A DNA stretch of 64,000 nt from Gloeobacterales cyanobacterium (GTDB lineage Bacteria; Cyanobacteriota; Cyanobacteriia; Gloeobacterales; PMM-0068). A program made the position numbers and the translations under genes. Below, in pieces: positions 38,001 to 48,050 of this stretch. Numbering within the stretch: position 1 is the stretch's first letter; every line of letters begins with the position of its first letter. The DNA lies in the NCBI GenBank assembly GCA_038245785.1, contig JBBRSB010000022.1, positions 1 through 64,000 on the forward strand, read 5' to 3'. The notes under the pieces are model-generated. The model was not told the origin of the DNA and searched no databases. It saw only the letters and a program-made list of their open reading frames with translations.

Positions 38001-39278
38001 TTCAAGTACTTCATCCCGAGGGGCCATTTGAATCCTTATAGCATAAGCTGTGCAATTAGCTGGATTCTTCTGCAATACTGTCTGAACAAGTTCCTCAGCC
38101 TTTATATGCTCTCCCTGAAACATGTAACCTATGGCTGCATGGACTATAGCTCTTTCATCATCTGGCTTATACTGCAAGGCTTCGAGGAAAGATACTGCTG
38201 CATTCGCAGTTTGATCGAGTGAAAGATAGGCCATTCCGATGTTACTCAACAAGCGAAACTTATGTACGGGATCAGCTTTTGTCCATAGCTCCTTCTTAAG
38301 ATCACTTAAGTAATCCAGTGCTTCCTTAGGCTTACCTCGATTAATGAACGTTCCTCCATTTGTAATTCGGGCGTTCCTTTCATCATTCAAGTCTGATTTG
38401 TTCTCGGTTAGAGTGACTAGCATGGCGTGCATATGGGGAATAAGTTTCGCCTGTTCTTCAATATTCTCTTGAAATCCAATACTTAATTGAACTGGATCTG
38501 GATTAGGAAGCTTCCCATAGCGTATTAGTGAGATTACAAATGCAGCAGCAGCATTCGCCGCATAAGAATGCCATCTATCATCCTTTTTTATATCAGCTAG
38601 ATCTGAAATACCTCTTACTTCTAGAAAACTTGGCGGAGGATTGTGATTAGAAGCTGCACTAGCCACGCCATATCCTTCCATTGCCACAGCAAGCAATTTC
38701 GGGCACTGGTTAACTAAATTATCTATGTTAGTCTGATTGGCAATAACTTTCTCTCCACTTGCAATGGGGCCATAATGCAACTTTGGGAGCTGAGTCTTTT
38801 TTTTACCCTTTCCTGGACGGGTTGTAACAATGCTGTTAGACCAGTTGGAAAGTTCTGGGTTCTTTGAACGACCATAAAGCAAGCGATCCGAAGGTAATTG
38901 TTTTACTCTGTTTTCAGACCCCTTATCTGTGATCTTTGCTAATTCGTAGTAGTGAACAAACTCAGCCACTACTACATCACCTAGATCTACTTTTCCTTTA
39001 ACACCACCTGCGATCCCTACCATGAAGACGTACTTTGGTTGGTAACGTTTAATCATCTGTTGAGTACTAAGTGAGGCTTCATTGTTACCCATGCCAAGAA
39101 GCATTACTAGAACTACACGATAACGGCGGTCGCTGTCTGCAATAGAAATATAGCCACAAAAATAAGTAGTAGGGTCGCTGTCATCGTGTTCGGTTGTGTA
39201 TTCTTCAAGTCTTGCAAGGATTGCATCTCGTTCAACTGGCAGGGCTGTTACAATTCCGATGTCTGATTTCACCTCCAC
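35100..39278 (-). CDS. Nucleosidase (PNP/MTA-SAH)-TPR-GreA/B-C-PIN multidomain protein, candidate defence effector
   Basis: N-terminal IVTALPVE, VGIAGG, GDVVV, IASGEKV, AMEG, RGISD; TPR-like middle; SLAKKMIAKKVGDEI; PIN-like VIDLTSL and LYSDDQLLR; AT-rich. Confidence 0.75.
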   Translation of the reverse strand: MEVKSDIGIVTALPVERDAILARLEEYTTEHDDSDPTTYFCGYISIADSDRRYRVVLVMLLGMGNNEASLSTQQMIKRYQPKYVFMVGIAGGVKGKVDLGDVVVAEFVHYYELAKITDKGSENRVKQLPSDRLLYGRSKNPELSNWSNSIVTTRPGKGKKKTQLPKLHYGPIASGEKVIANQTNIDNLVNQCPKLLAVAMEGYGVASAASNHNPPPSFLEVRGISDLADIKKDDRWHSYAANAAAAFVISLIRYGKLPNPDPVQLSIGFQENIEEQAKLIPHMHAMLVTLTENKSDLNDERNARITNGGTFINRGKPKEALDYLSDLKKELWTKADPVHKFRLLSNIGMAYLSLDQTANAAVSFLEALQYKPDDERAIVHAAIGYMFQGEHIKAEELVQTVLQKNPANCTAYAIRIQMAPRDEVLETIINLAPAQYRSNAEVAAAIGEAALNRKSYELAKKWFQTAIKNGEAGDLSNIKVLLAVAIMEPILKNFSLLLAGQITADQQLALERAIEILTEIIGGDYPQNLHSGLLVPLANRGSALRWLNRIDEAIRDTDIALRIKPHNPQLIKQRALLAYTRNEKSQAITYLEEIITNPSTPEASILTAAWMMDEGRFKDAKKVLEQFQTDNDSYRKEANHLLMQLSLQEDDYEQTKVLIKSLLAEYTCDTVTLIIAVRAALKAQDASGVESYIAQAKASLGENACLRDQIMLADLLNELKHYKDAAEIYEKFVDITLNTRFIRSLLNSYLGSGDLGKALPICEGLLKKYGPLDQISDLAVNLYIDIDELNTAYSVCKDYLRLFPNDISMQIHLARINFLMDNLDELDQFLDLHPRLNGLSFDLCKVLIYLYRNRNRFQDLLETLYELQKRFYDNWEAHKIYATFYLKEENNFKLLDIDPERVIPNTGVLLKDQHEVKTWQIIEDKLSHAIGHQELSVEDSLAKKMIAKKVGDEIIIKEDIFGKSSVIVLDIKSKYYAAYMKSIQIIENSPEVEGFRTFNILDSENDNIDPEWIKNMQTVLELRMNKFEQISAYYQQGTIPFGMFAELLQRNPVDLFFELIRRPDSKLCCWQGPGKEFEEGLTTLARGELVVIDLTSLLTVHQLGIADEVVQMLGKFGIARSTILLLEDVANERRELQSNGFSTISLENGSLAIQDTTAEQVFKSLSYIEKVLAWVRKNCQILSCRRALSINSGEREKRNGIFGQSFVDTMLIASESNHVLYSDDQLLRHYAQSDSNVRGVWTQVVLHHSLKRNTLSQSQYNDAVCQLVYLGFYYTIIDDTTLFESVRKSNFKIGFNYISILKIIKDVRTNLEYALDISTQFIYKLYGQVLIPVDRDCLIFELLKALSTGRSMIKVSEQLDSKIQQRFAALPIQRSEIKTLITIWKDSQPILT

Positions 39279-39496
39279 ACAGCCTCTTGCCAGATACTGA
39301 TCAAGTTATACCCTTAATCTCAGTGATTTATTACTGCCATAAGACTTGAATCAAAAGGACTGGATAGAAAACCAGACAGTACCTGCTTAATCAAACAAAC
39401 GCGAATAGCCAAAAGTCGATAATAAACTTATTAAAGAAGACTCTTTCTCAATTCCATAGCCAGATAGAATACAAGTCTAGCCAGAAAGAAAATCAA

Positions 39497-40807
39497 CTAC
39501 AAAGCCTGAAAACGCACCTTCAATCCATCTTTTGGCCGACGGGTCGGGATAATAACAGGCTCCAAACTCTGTCCAGGTAAGAGATCCCAGCGATAACTCC
39601 GCAGCAGATGGGACACAATAATCTTCATTTCCATCTTGGCAAAAGCGATTCCGACGCAAACTCGGGGACCACCGCCAAAACCAATCAGGCTAAAGGGCTG
39701 ACGCTTAGGCTGCTGGTCTACACTCCAACGGTCGGGATCGAAGCGTTCCGGCTCAGGATAAACCGTGGATAGACGATGGGTTATCAAAATAGAGTACTGG
39801 GCCAACCAACCAGCGGGAATGTGAAAGCCGTTAAATTCAAAGGGTTTAATTACACCCCGAAATCCACCAGCCACCGGAGGATGGAGCCGCTCTACTTCAC
39901 ACATAATTTGGTCTAGGTAGGGCATCTGTCCCATCTGTTCTAAACTCAACGGTCCTTTTACGGTCAGCGACCCCTGCTCTGCTCGTGCTCGTTCCAAAAC
40001 TTCAGGATGACGGCCCATCTCCAAACAAATCCAGGTCAGCATCGCCGTAGTTGTCTCGTGACCCGCAAAAAGCATCAGCATCGCCTGCGCTTTCAGTTCT
40101 TTCAGGCTCAGACGATTGCCTTCTTCATCCTGTGCCTGAATCAAAAGGCTCAGTGCATCTTGGGTGGGCCTTTTCTGGCGCTCCTCAATCACGGCTTCCA
40201 GATGTTCAAAAATCTGGTTACGGGCTTCCACCCCTCGTCCTAAAGAAGTCCAGGGAAAAGGAACCGGACTCAGGGAGAATAAGCCATCGGTCAAGGTAGT
40301 GAATAGCTTGCTCAAGCGTTCGACTTCAGGCCCGGAACTGGTCCCTAACAGAAGCTGACTGGCAATGTCAAAGGTCAACTGTTTGTACTGATCGAACCAA
40401 ACGAACTCCCTTTGCTGCTCCCATTTTTTGAAATATTGGAAGGCAATCGTTTCCATAGTTGAGAAATAACTAGCCAAAGCCGGACCATGCAAAGCAGGCA
40501 TGATTAGGCGGCGATTGCGACGATGTTCTTCCCCTTCCTGGAGAAAAAGGGATTCGCCGAGCAACGTTTTAAAAGTATCGGGCCAGCCATCACGCCAGGA
40601 AAAGTGGTCCATATGGCTGGAGAGAACAAATTCCACTGCTTCCAGGCCAACCATAAATACCGTGGGTCTACCGATAATGTTGGACTTGAAAACGGGTCCA
40701 TAGGCTTCATAGCGCTTAGAAATGAATTCAGGATTAAACAAGAACTCCAGGGACTCTCCAACAAGCGGAAGCCCCGTAGTCCCAGGAGGCAGTTTTAGAT
40801 TTGGCAT
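39497..40807 (-). CDS. Cytochrome P450 (CYP120-like)
   Basis: FAGHETT, EVER (ExxR), PERFDP, FGGGPRVCVG. Confidence 0.93.
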   Translation of the reverse strand: MPNLKLPPGTTGLPLVGESLEFLFNPEFISKRYEAYGPVFKSNIIGRPTVFMVGLEAVEFVLSSHMDHFSWRDGWPDTFKTLLGESLFLQEGEEHRRNRRLIMPALHGPALASYFSTMETIAFQYFKKWEQQREFVWFDQYKQLTFDIASQLLLGTSSGPEVERLSKLFTTLTDGLFSLSPVPFPWTSLGRGVEARNQIFEHLEAVIEERQKRPTQDALSLLIQAQDEEGNRLSLKELKAQAMLMLFAGHETTTAMLTWICLEMGRHPEVLERARAEQGSLTVKGPLSLEQMGQMPYLDQIMCEVERLHPPVAGGFRGVIKPFEFNGFHIPAGWLAQYSILITHRLSTVYPEPERFDPDRWSVDQQPKRQPFSLIGFGGGPRVCVGIAFAKMEMKIIVSHLLRSYRWDLLPGQSLEPVIIPTRRPKDGLKVRFQAL

Positions 40808-40912
40808 TGAAGTTTTTCATGAGTCTCCAACTTCCATGTAACACCCTAGAGCATGTAGGCTTAGCATTTTTCATAGGTTAGTCTGGGGAACGAACCTCAA
40901 AGAGAACGTCGG

Positions 40913-41878
40913 ATGAAAACACGGACCCTCGGCACCTCTGGAATTCAGATCTCCCCGATCCTGATGGGCACCTGGCAAGCAGGCAAACGCATGTGGGTTG
41001 GGATTGAAGATGCAGACACGATCAAAGCGATCCGGGCGGCGGTAGAGGCAGGAATTACGACAATTGATACCGCTGAAGTCTATGGGGAAGGGCACTCAGA
41101 GCGTATTGTCGGGGAAGCCCTCCAGGATGTACGGGACCGTGTTGTTTATGCCACCAAAGTTTTTGCCAATCATCTGCAACATGACCAGGTAATCGCAGCC
41201 TGTGAGCAGTCGTTAAAAAACCTGCGCACAGATTACATTGACCTCTATCAGATACACTGGCCTGCCGGTGCTTTTGGTAACGCCCTCGTGCCAATTGAAG
41301 AAACGATGTCAGCCCTAAGTGAACTCAAGAAACAAGGCAAGATTCGAGCAATCGGGGTATCCAATTTTTCACAAGAACAGCTAAAAGAAGCGGCTCAGTA
41401 TGGACGAATTGATAGCGTGCAACCGCCCTACTCCCTCTTTTGGCGCAAGATTGAAAAAGATCTCATGCCGTACTGTGTCGAGCACCAAATTTCTATCTTG
41501 GCCTACTCTTCCCTGGCCCAAGGGCTGCTCACGGGCAAGTTTAGTCCAGAGCACCAGTTTGACTCAGCCGATAACCGGGCGAAGAATCAACTCTTTCAAG
41601 GAGAAACCTATCAGCGGGCTCAGCAAGCTTTAGCTCGATTACGCCCTCTGGCTGAATATCATCAGACTACCCTCGGCAATCTTGCTTTGGCCTGGTTGCT
41701 CGCCCAGCCTCAAGCGAATGCGATCGTGGGCGCACGCAAGGCCGAACAGGCTATCCAGAATGCAAAAGCGGCTGACCTTCTATTATCGTCTGAGGAATTA
41801 GCTGAAATCGATAGGATTGGACGCACGGTCACGGACCATTTGGATGACAATCCGATTATGTGGATCTGGAGTGCGTAG
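40913..41878 (+). CDS. Aldo/keto reductase
   Basis: DTAEVYG, ATKV, DLYQIHWP, IGVSNF. Confidence 0.93.
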   Translation: MKTRTLGTSGIQISPILMGTWQAGKRMWVGIEDADTIKAIRAAVEAGITTIDTAEVYGEGHSERIVGEALQDVRDRVVYATKVFANHLQHDQVIAACEQSLKNLRTDYIDLYQIHWPAGAFGNALVPIEETMSALSELKKQGKIRAIGVSNFSQEQLKEAAQYGRIDSVQPPYSLFWRKIEKDLMPYCVEHQISILAYSSLAQGLLTGKFSPEHQFDSADNRAKNQLFQGETYQRAQQALARLRPLAEYHQTTLGNLALAWLLAQPQANAIVGARKAEQAIQNAKAADLLLSSEELAEIDRIGRTVTDHLDDNPIMWIWSA

Positions 41879-42005
41879 AGTCTGCCGTTAATCTTGCATC
41901 GCAACTATAAAACAGAACAGGAGGTTAAGGCTTTTGGAGGATAGCCTGTACTCGGCACATCTACGGATAACATGAGCTTCAAGCGTCTCGTCCCAGGAAA
42001 TTACT

Positions 42006-44543
42006 ATGCAAACCGTACCTGATCCAAAAGCTGAATCTTTAGCCATGAAAGTAGAAGATGACCGTACAGGTTTGAGCACCGAAACCATCAAACGAGCCAT
42101 CCTCGATAACCTTTTTTATGTTCAGGGCAAGTTTCCAACCATTGCCACCACCCATGACTACTACATGGCTCTGGCCTATACCGTGCGCGACCGATTGCTC
42201 CAACACTGGATTAACTCTGCCGTAGCCTATACGAAAGAAGGTTCACGGACTGTGGCCTATCTCTCCGCAGAATTTTTGATGGGACCCCACCTAGGCAATA
42301 ACTTGATTAACCTGGGGCTCTATGACCAGGTAAAAGCAGCGGTCCAAGAACTGGGCTTAGACTTTGATGAATTGCTGGACCTCGAAGAAGAACCTGGATT
42401 AGGGAATGGTGGTCTGGGTCGTTTGGCGGCCTGCTATCTCGACTCTATGGCGACCTTGGAAATTCCATCCCTTGGTTATGGTATTCGCTACGAATTTGGC
42501 ATTTTCAAGCAAGATATCCGAGACGGTTGGCAAGTCGAAGTCACAGATAAATGGTTGCGCTACGGCAATCCCTGGGAAGTTGCTCGTCCTGAGTGGGCGG
42601 TAGAAGTGAAACTGGGTGGTCACACAGAAGGCTACACCGATGAACGGGGCCGCTATCGCGTCCGTTGGGTGCCCTATCAAGTCGTGATGGGAATTCCCCA
42701 CGACACACCGATTTTGGGCTACAAAGTCAACACGGCCAATACTCTCAGACTCTGGAAGGCAGAAGCAGCGGAATCCTTCGATTTTGCGGCCTTCAACTCT
42801 GGGGATTATCTAGGCGCAGTCCAGGAAAAGATGGTCTCAGAAAATCTTTCCAAGGTGCTCTATCCCAATGACGATTCCTCCCAAGGCAAGCGCCTACGTT
42901 TAGCCCAGCAAATATTCTTCGTATCCTGCTCCCTGCAAGACATGATCCGGATCATGTCCCGCCAAAATCTTGCGCTAGAGCGATTCCATGAGAAGTTCGT
43001 TATTCAATTGAACGATACCCACCCAGCTATCGCTGTTGCTGAGCTAATGCGTCTCTTGATCGACGAGCATGGCCTGTCCTGGGATACAGCCTGGAATATT
43101 ACCACTAAAACCTTTGCCTATACCAACCACACCCTGCTCCCAGAAGCCCTAGAGCGTTGGCCGATCGGTTTATTTGGGGAACTGCTGCCCAGACATTTGG
43201 AAATCATCTACGAAATCAACAGCCGTTTTCTCGATGATGTCCGCATCAAATTCCCAGAGGATGACGGTCGCATTGAACGGATGTCGATTATTGAAGAGCA
43301 TGGAGAGCGCTATGTGCGCATGGCCCATTTAGCCTGTGTAGGTAGCAAGGCAATAAATGGTGTCGCCGCTCTGCACAGTGAACTGATGAAACAGGATGTG
43401 CTGCGCGATTTCTATGAAATGTATCCTGCCAAATTCAGCAATAAGACCAATGGTGTAACACCCCGTCGTTTCATGGTCTTGGGCAATCCCAGACTAACCA
43501 AGCTGATCACCAGCAAGATTGGTGATAGCTGGATCAAGCATCTCGATGAACTCAAGCAATTAGAAGCTTTTGTGGATGACCCAGAATTCTGCCGTGAATT
43601 CAAAAACATCAAACACGCCATCAAGCAGGACCTCGCCACCTATGTTCAAAAGAACTACGGCCTGGAACTAGATCCCAACTCTCTCTTCGATATGCAATCC
43701 AAACGGATTCATGAATACAAGCGTCAGCATTTGAACGCCCTCCACATCATTACGCTCTACAACCGCATCAAAGCCAATCCTGATATCGACATCACGCCCC
43801 GGACATTCCTTTTCGGTGGGAAAGCAGCTCCTGGCTACCACATGGCAAAGTTGATCATCAAACTGATCACCTCGATTGGCGATGTCGTAAACCGAGACCC
43901 GGATGTGCGCGGAAGGCTGAAAGTACTGTTCTTGAAAAATTACAGCGTCAAGTTTGCCCAATGGGTTTACCCAGCTGCTGACCTCTCTGAACAAATATCC
44001 ACTGCGGGCAAGGAAGCTTCCGGCACGGGCAACATGAAGTTTGCGATGAATGGAGCACTGACGATTGGGACCTTAGATGGGGCCAATGTGGAAATTAGAG
44101 AAGAAGTGGGTGCAGAGAATTTCTTCCTCTTTGGTTTGACAGAAGAAGAAGTCGTGGCGAAGAAGGCGGCAGGATACCGTCCTCGGGACTACTACGAGAA
44201 CAATGCCGAATTAAAGCGTGTGATTGACCGTATTGCCTCCGGTTTCTTCTCCCACGGTGACTCTCATCTATTCACACCGATAGTAGACCACCTCTTGAAT
44301 TACGATTCCTACATGCTCTTGGCGGATTATCAGTCCTACATAGAGTGTCAAGACAGGGTCAGCCAAGCCTACAAAGACCAGGACCAGTGGACCCGGATGG
44401 CGATTCTCAATGTGGCGCGTATGGGTAAGTTCTCCTCAGACCGTTCCATTCGTGATTACTGCGAAGATTTCTGGGCAGTGAAGCCCGTTAAGATCTCGCT
44501 CGAAGATTACATTTGGGAATCAGGGGTGCGGAGACAGCCGTAG
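42006..44543 (+). CDS. glgP: Glycogen/alpha-glucan phosphorylase
   Basis: GLGNGGLGRLAAC, QLNDTHP, KRIHEYKRQ, EASGTGNMK. Confidence 0.96.
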   Translation: MQTVPDPKAESLAMKVEDDRTGLSTETIKRAILDNLFYVQGKFPTIATTHDYYMALAYTVRDRLLQHWINSAVAYTKEGSRTVAYLSAEFLMGPHLGNNLINLGLYDQVKAAVQELGLDFDELLDLEEEPGLGNGGLGRLAACYLDSMATLEIPSLGYGIRYEFGIFKQDIRDGWQVEVTDKWLRYGNPWEVARPEWAVEVKLGGHTEGYTDERGRYRVRWVPYQVVMGIPHDTPILGYKVNTANTLRLWKAEAAESFDFAAFNSGDYLGAVQEKMVSENLSKVLYPNDDSSQGKRLRLAQQIFFVSCSLQDMIRIMSRQNLALERFHEKFVIQLNDTHPAIAVAELMRLLIDEHGLSWDTAWNITTKTFAYTNHTLLPEALERWPIGLFGELLPRHLEIIYEINSRFLDDVRIKFPEDDGRIERMSIIEEHGERYVRMAHLACVGSKAINGVAALHSELMKQDVLRDFYEMYPAKFSNKTNGVTPRRFMVLGNPRLTKLITSKIGDSWIKHLDELKQLEAFVDDPEFCREFKNIKHAIKQDLATYVQKNYGLELDPNSLFDMQSKRIHEYKRQHLNALHIITLYNRIKANPDIDITPRTFLFGGKAAPGYHMAKLIIKLITSIGDVVNRDPDVRGRLKVLFLKNYSVKFAQWVYPAADLSEQISTAGKEASGTGNMKFAMNGALTIGTLDGANVEIREEVGAENFFLFGLTEEEVVAKKAAGYRPRDYYENNAELKRVIDRIASGFFSHGDSHLFTPIVDHLLNYDSYMLLADYQSYIECQDRVSQAYKDQDQWTRMAILNVARMGKFSSDRSIRDYCEDFWAVKPVKISLEDYIWESGVRRQP

Positions 44544-44630
44544 ATCCATCAGGCGTCGGATCGGGTTTTGATCGGCCTGCGGTTAGGGCGGATTGGGATT
44601 CCAATCCATAACCATCACGATCGGGGGTCC

Positions 44631-44658
44631 CTAGAGACGCGATATATTGCGTCTCTAG
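44631..44658. repeat. REP-like palindrome within a probable second RAYT remnant
   Basis: CTAGAGACGCGATATATTGCGTCTCTAG; minus strand nearby reads YPFIQ...LDGIMVI...LETQYIASL. Confidence 0.5.
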
Positions 44659-44860
44659 GGACGTTATGGGGTGATTCCATCGATTGGTGAATGACCATAA
44701 TTCCATCCAATTGAATTGGATAAATGGGTATAGTGAAAAATTTTGATTCGGGGCCTCATACTTACAAAAAATGGACAACGGGCTTATTCCAGATAGATGC
44801 ACTAGACTCAAGTAGAGGGGTGTGTTGAGCTATTTGCCACGTATCGCTGGAGGGCTAACT

Positions 44861-46831
44861 ATGCCCGTTGAAACAGATGGTAAGCCGACGAAAGATATTA
44901 AACCTAAACAATTCGGCAGCAGTCTACTCCTTCTGTTGGGAGCCCTGCTCATTTTAAACCTGACGATTATTCCTAGCTTTATTCCTCGTCCACAACCAGT
45001 GGAATCTTCCTACAGTGATTTTGTCTCCAAGGTGCAGGCTGGAGAAGTAGACCGGGCGCTGATAGCTCCCGACCGTATCCAGTACGTGCTCAAATCTGAC
45101 CGGAAAGCAGAGCCTGGTTCACCGGCTGCAACCGATAAAAAAATCGAGTCTTACGCCAAGGTTTACAACACTACTCCTGTAGCCATAGACCTAGATTTGC
45201 CAAAGATTTTGCGAGAAAACAAAGTCGACTTCTCTGCACCTCCTCCTAGTAGTGACGGCTGGATCTCTACCCTGATTGGTTGGGTAGCCCCTCCCTTGAT
45301 CTTCTTTGGCATCTGGTTTTGGTTGATGAGCCGCACACAGGCGGGAGGACCGGCAGCACTAACCGTGGGCAAGAGCAAAGCCCGTATTTATTCTGAAGGC
45401 AGCACAGGTGTCACTTTTGCCAATGTAGCGGGCGTCGATGAAGCGAAGGCCGAACTGCAAGAAATTATTGATTTTCTGAAAAATGCGGGTAAATACACGC
45501 GTTTAGGAGCCAAAATCCCAAAAGGAGTACTGCTTGTTGGGCCTCCAGGTACGGGTAAAACGCTATTAGCGAAAGCCGTTGCTGGGGAAGCGGGCGTGCC
45601 GTTCTTTAGTATTTCTGGATCGGAATTTATTGAACTGTTTGTCGGTATTGGGGCCGCTAGAGTGCGAGACCTTTTTGAGCAAGCAAAACAGCAAGCGCCC
45701 TGCATCGTATTTATCGATGAATTGGATGCCCTGGGTAAATCGCGGGGTGGTCCTGGTCCTTTTATGGGCGGGAATGATGAGCGAGAACAGACGCTGAATC
45801 AGCTTCTGGCAGAGATGGATGGCTTCGATACCAATGTAGGAGTTATTCTCCTCGCCGCCACCAACCGTCCAGAAGTGCTGGACCCGGCCCTCCGTCGCCC
45901 TGGCCGCTTTGACCGGATGGTCGTGGTAGACCGCCCCGATAAGATTGGCCGCGAAGCGATTCTCAAAGTCCATGCTTCCAAGGTCAAGCTCGCGCCGGAT
46001 GTGGATCTAGGCATCATTGCTGTCCGCACTCCAGGATTTGCTGGGGCAGACTTAGCGAACTTGGTTAATGAAGCAGCCCTCTTAGCTGCCCGACGCAATG
46101 CTGATACCGTCATGACGGCAGACCTTAATGAAGCGATTGAGCGGGTCATCGGGGGACTGGAGAAAAAGTCTCGTATCCTCAACGAGATCGAGAAAAAGAC
46201 CGTTGCCTATCACGAAGTAGGCCATGCGCTGGTGGCCGCAATCATGCCTGGAGCAGGCAAAGTGGAGAAAATCTCGATTGTGCCGCGCGGTGTTGGCGCT
46301 TTGGGCTATACGCTCCAGCTGCCGGAAGAAGACCGCTTCCTAATGGTGGAAGATGAGATTCGAGGCCGGATTGCAACGCTCTTGGGAGGCCGTTCAGCCG
46401 AAGAAGTTATCTTTGGAAAAGTATCCACGGGCGCTAGTGATGACATTCAGAAAGCTACAGACTTGGCAGAACGGACCGTCACCATCTATGGCATGAGTGA
46501 TGATCTCGGACCGATAGCTTATGAAAAGACACAGCAACAATTTCTAGAAGGCTATTCCAATCCTCGTCGCTCTGTTGGCGCTAAACTGGCCGAAGAGATT
46601 GATCGGGAAGTAAAAGAGATTATTGATGGAGCCCACCATATGGCCCTCTTCATCTTAAAGAGCAATCAGAAGCTGTTAGAAGAAACAGCCCAGATACTCT
46701 TACAGAAGGAAGTTCTAGAAGGTCCAGAATTGCGCAAACAGCTCAATCAAGTAGCAATTCCAGAACATCTAGACCTTTGGTTACAGACGGGCAAGCTATC
46801 AGAAGAAACTCAGTTGCGGATACTGCGCTGA
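44861..46831 (+). CDS. ftsH: ATP-dependent zinc metalloprotease FtsH (FtsH4-like)
   Basis: [30 protein letters not shown] 44861 after GGAGG. Confidence 0.93.
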   Translation: MPVETDGKPTKDIKPKQFGSSLLLLLGALLILNLTIIPSFIPRPQPVESSYSDFVSKVQAGEVDRALIAPDRIQYVLKSDRKAEPGSPAATDKKIESYAKVYNTTPVAIDLDLPKILRENKVDFSAPPPSSDGWISTLIGWVAPPLIFFGIWFWLMSRTQAGGPAALTVGKSKARIYSEGSTGVTFANVAGVDEAKAELQEIIDFLKNAGKYTRLGAKIPKGVLLVGPPGTGKTLLAKAVAGEAGVPFFSISGSEFIELFVGIGAARVRDLFEQAKQQAPCIVFIDELDALGKSRGGPGPFMGGNDEREQTLNQLLAEMDGFDTNVGVILLAATNRPEVLDPALRRPGRFDRMVVVDRPDKIGREAILKVHASKVKLAPDVDLGIIAVRTPGFAGADLANLVNEAALLAARRNADTVMTADLNEAIERVIGGLEKKSRILNEIEKKTVAYHEVGHALVAAIMPGAGKVEKISIVPRGVGALGYTLQLPEEDRFLMVEDEIRGRIATLLGGRSAEEVIFGKVSTGASDDIQKATDLAERTVTIYGMSDDLGPIAYEKTQQQFLEGYSNPRRSVGAKLAEEIDREVKEIIDGAHHMALFILKSNQKLLEETAQILLQKEVLEGPELRKQLNQVAIPEHLDLWLQTGKLSEETQLRILR

Positions 46832-46857
46832 CTTAAGGGACATAAGGGGAAAAGCCA

Positions 46858-47997
46858 TCATTTCTGAACAGTGAACCATTTGTCGTAGAGCCTTTGATAC
46901 GTTCCATTTTCTTTAAGGGTCAACAGGGCTTTATTCACGAGTTCACGGTACGGGCTATTCGTAGGGAAAACAATGCCGTAATTCTCTTCCCGAAACACCG
47001 GACCTACTACCTGGACCTTTCCTTTTCCACCGTGGGCAGAGTAGTAGAGAAGGACAGGAGCATCAAAAACGACTGCATCCGCTCGCCCTTTCGCAAGAGC
47101 TTCATAGGCTTGCTCAATGCGAGGAAACTTCAGTGTTTGAATGTTCTGTTTCTGTAAGAAGGCTGATGATGTACTACCAGCAATGGTGGCAACAGGCTTG
47201 CCGGGAAGGTCTTGTGGCCCTTGGATATTTCCTTGCAGCTGCTGTACGGTAAGTTCTGTAGTCACGGTAGCAGTGAAAAGCGCGACAAAAATTACGCTAG
47301 TAAACATCCAAATGATAGCAACTACTCGACCGAGAGCACTCCTTGGCATCGCATCCGCTTGCGTAGCCAAGGTAGAAGCAGCCCACCAGACCGCTTCGAA
47401 AATACCAGGGAAATAGGACTTGCTTACAACCATTCCCTCTGCTCTTCCTCGCTCGGAAAAATAGACCAGGTGAGCGGGTATCAGCACAATCAGGAAAAAG
47501 ACCCCAACGAGTTGAAGTAGGGCTGGAGAGGCGATAATTGTCCATAGACTGGGACTGTTACTGACAGAATCACCAGGCACTAAAATCTGAAGTCCTGAAT
47601 CAAAAATAGGCTGAGAGAAATCAAAATCCTGTTCTCGCTCGGCAGTAATTGAGATGGCAGCAATTCCCATATCTGCTTTCCCCGTTTTAGTCGCAGCAAG
47701 TAGCTCTGCCACGGTACTTTTTACCGCAAACTCAGATTTCATATTCAGTTGTTCAGCGATACTCTGCCATAGATCAACGCTAAATCCAACCAATTGGCCC
47801 TCTTGTTCAAAGACAAAGGGGGGAACGATTCGGGTGGCTACTTGTAAAGGCTCTGTATTTTTTTGAGAATATACAGGATTCACCATCACTAGTAGCATCA
47901 AAAAGACACATGCCAAATTCAAAAATAGCTTTAGCCTTTGGTTTTTACAGATTTGAAGCTTCCAAATATTCAGATTCATATCTTTTGAGAGATGCAA
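46858..47997 (-). CDS. GluR0-like ligand-gated channel (split amino-acid-binding domain around M1-P-M2)
   Basis: ISITAEREQDFDFS, AVWWAASTL, FTATVTTELTV, YQRLYDKWF; exact start uncertain. Confidence 0.8.
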   Translation of the reverse strand: MHLSKDMNLNIWKLQICKNQRLKLFLNLACVFLMLLVMVNPVYSQKNTEPLQVATRIVPPFVFEQEGQLVGFSVDLWQSIAEQLNMKSEFAVKSTVAELLAATKTGKADMGIAAISITAEREQDFDFSQPIFDSGLQILVPGDSVSNSPSLWTIIASPALLQLVGVFFLIVLIPAHLVYFSERGRAEGMVVSKSYFPGIFEAVWWAASTLATQADAMPRSALGRVVAIIWMFTSVIFVALFTATVTTELTVQQLQGNIQGPQDLPGKPVATIAGSTSSAFLQKQNIQTLKFPRIEQAYEALAKGRADAVVFDAPVLLYYSAHGGKGKVQVVGPVFREENYGIVFPTNSPYRELVNKALLTLKENGTYQRLYDKWFTVQK

Positions 47998-48050
47998 TTT
48001 CCAGGATAGTACGTTTAAGTTAGCTCTAAAGCAGCAAATCCTTCAGCCAA

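Noticed and set aside
44488..44811. 107-aa minus-strand ORF
   Set aside because: It overlaps the glgP end and a REP palindrome; better explained as a transposase remnant.
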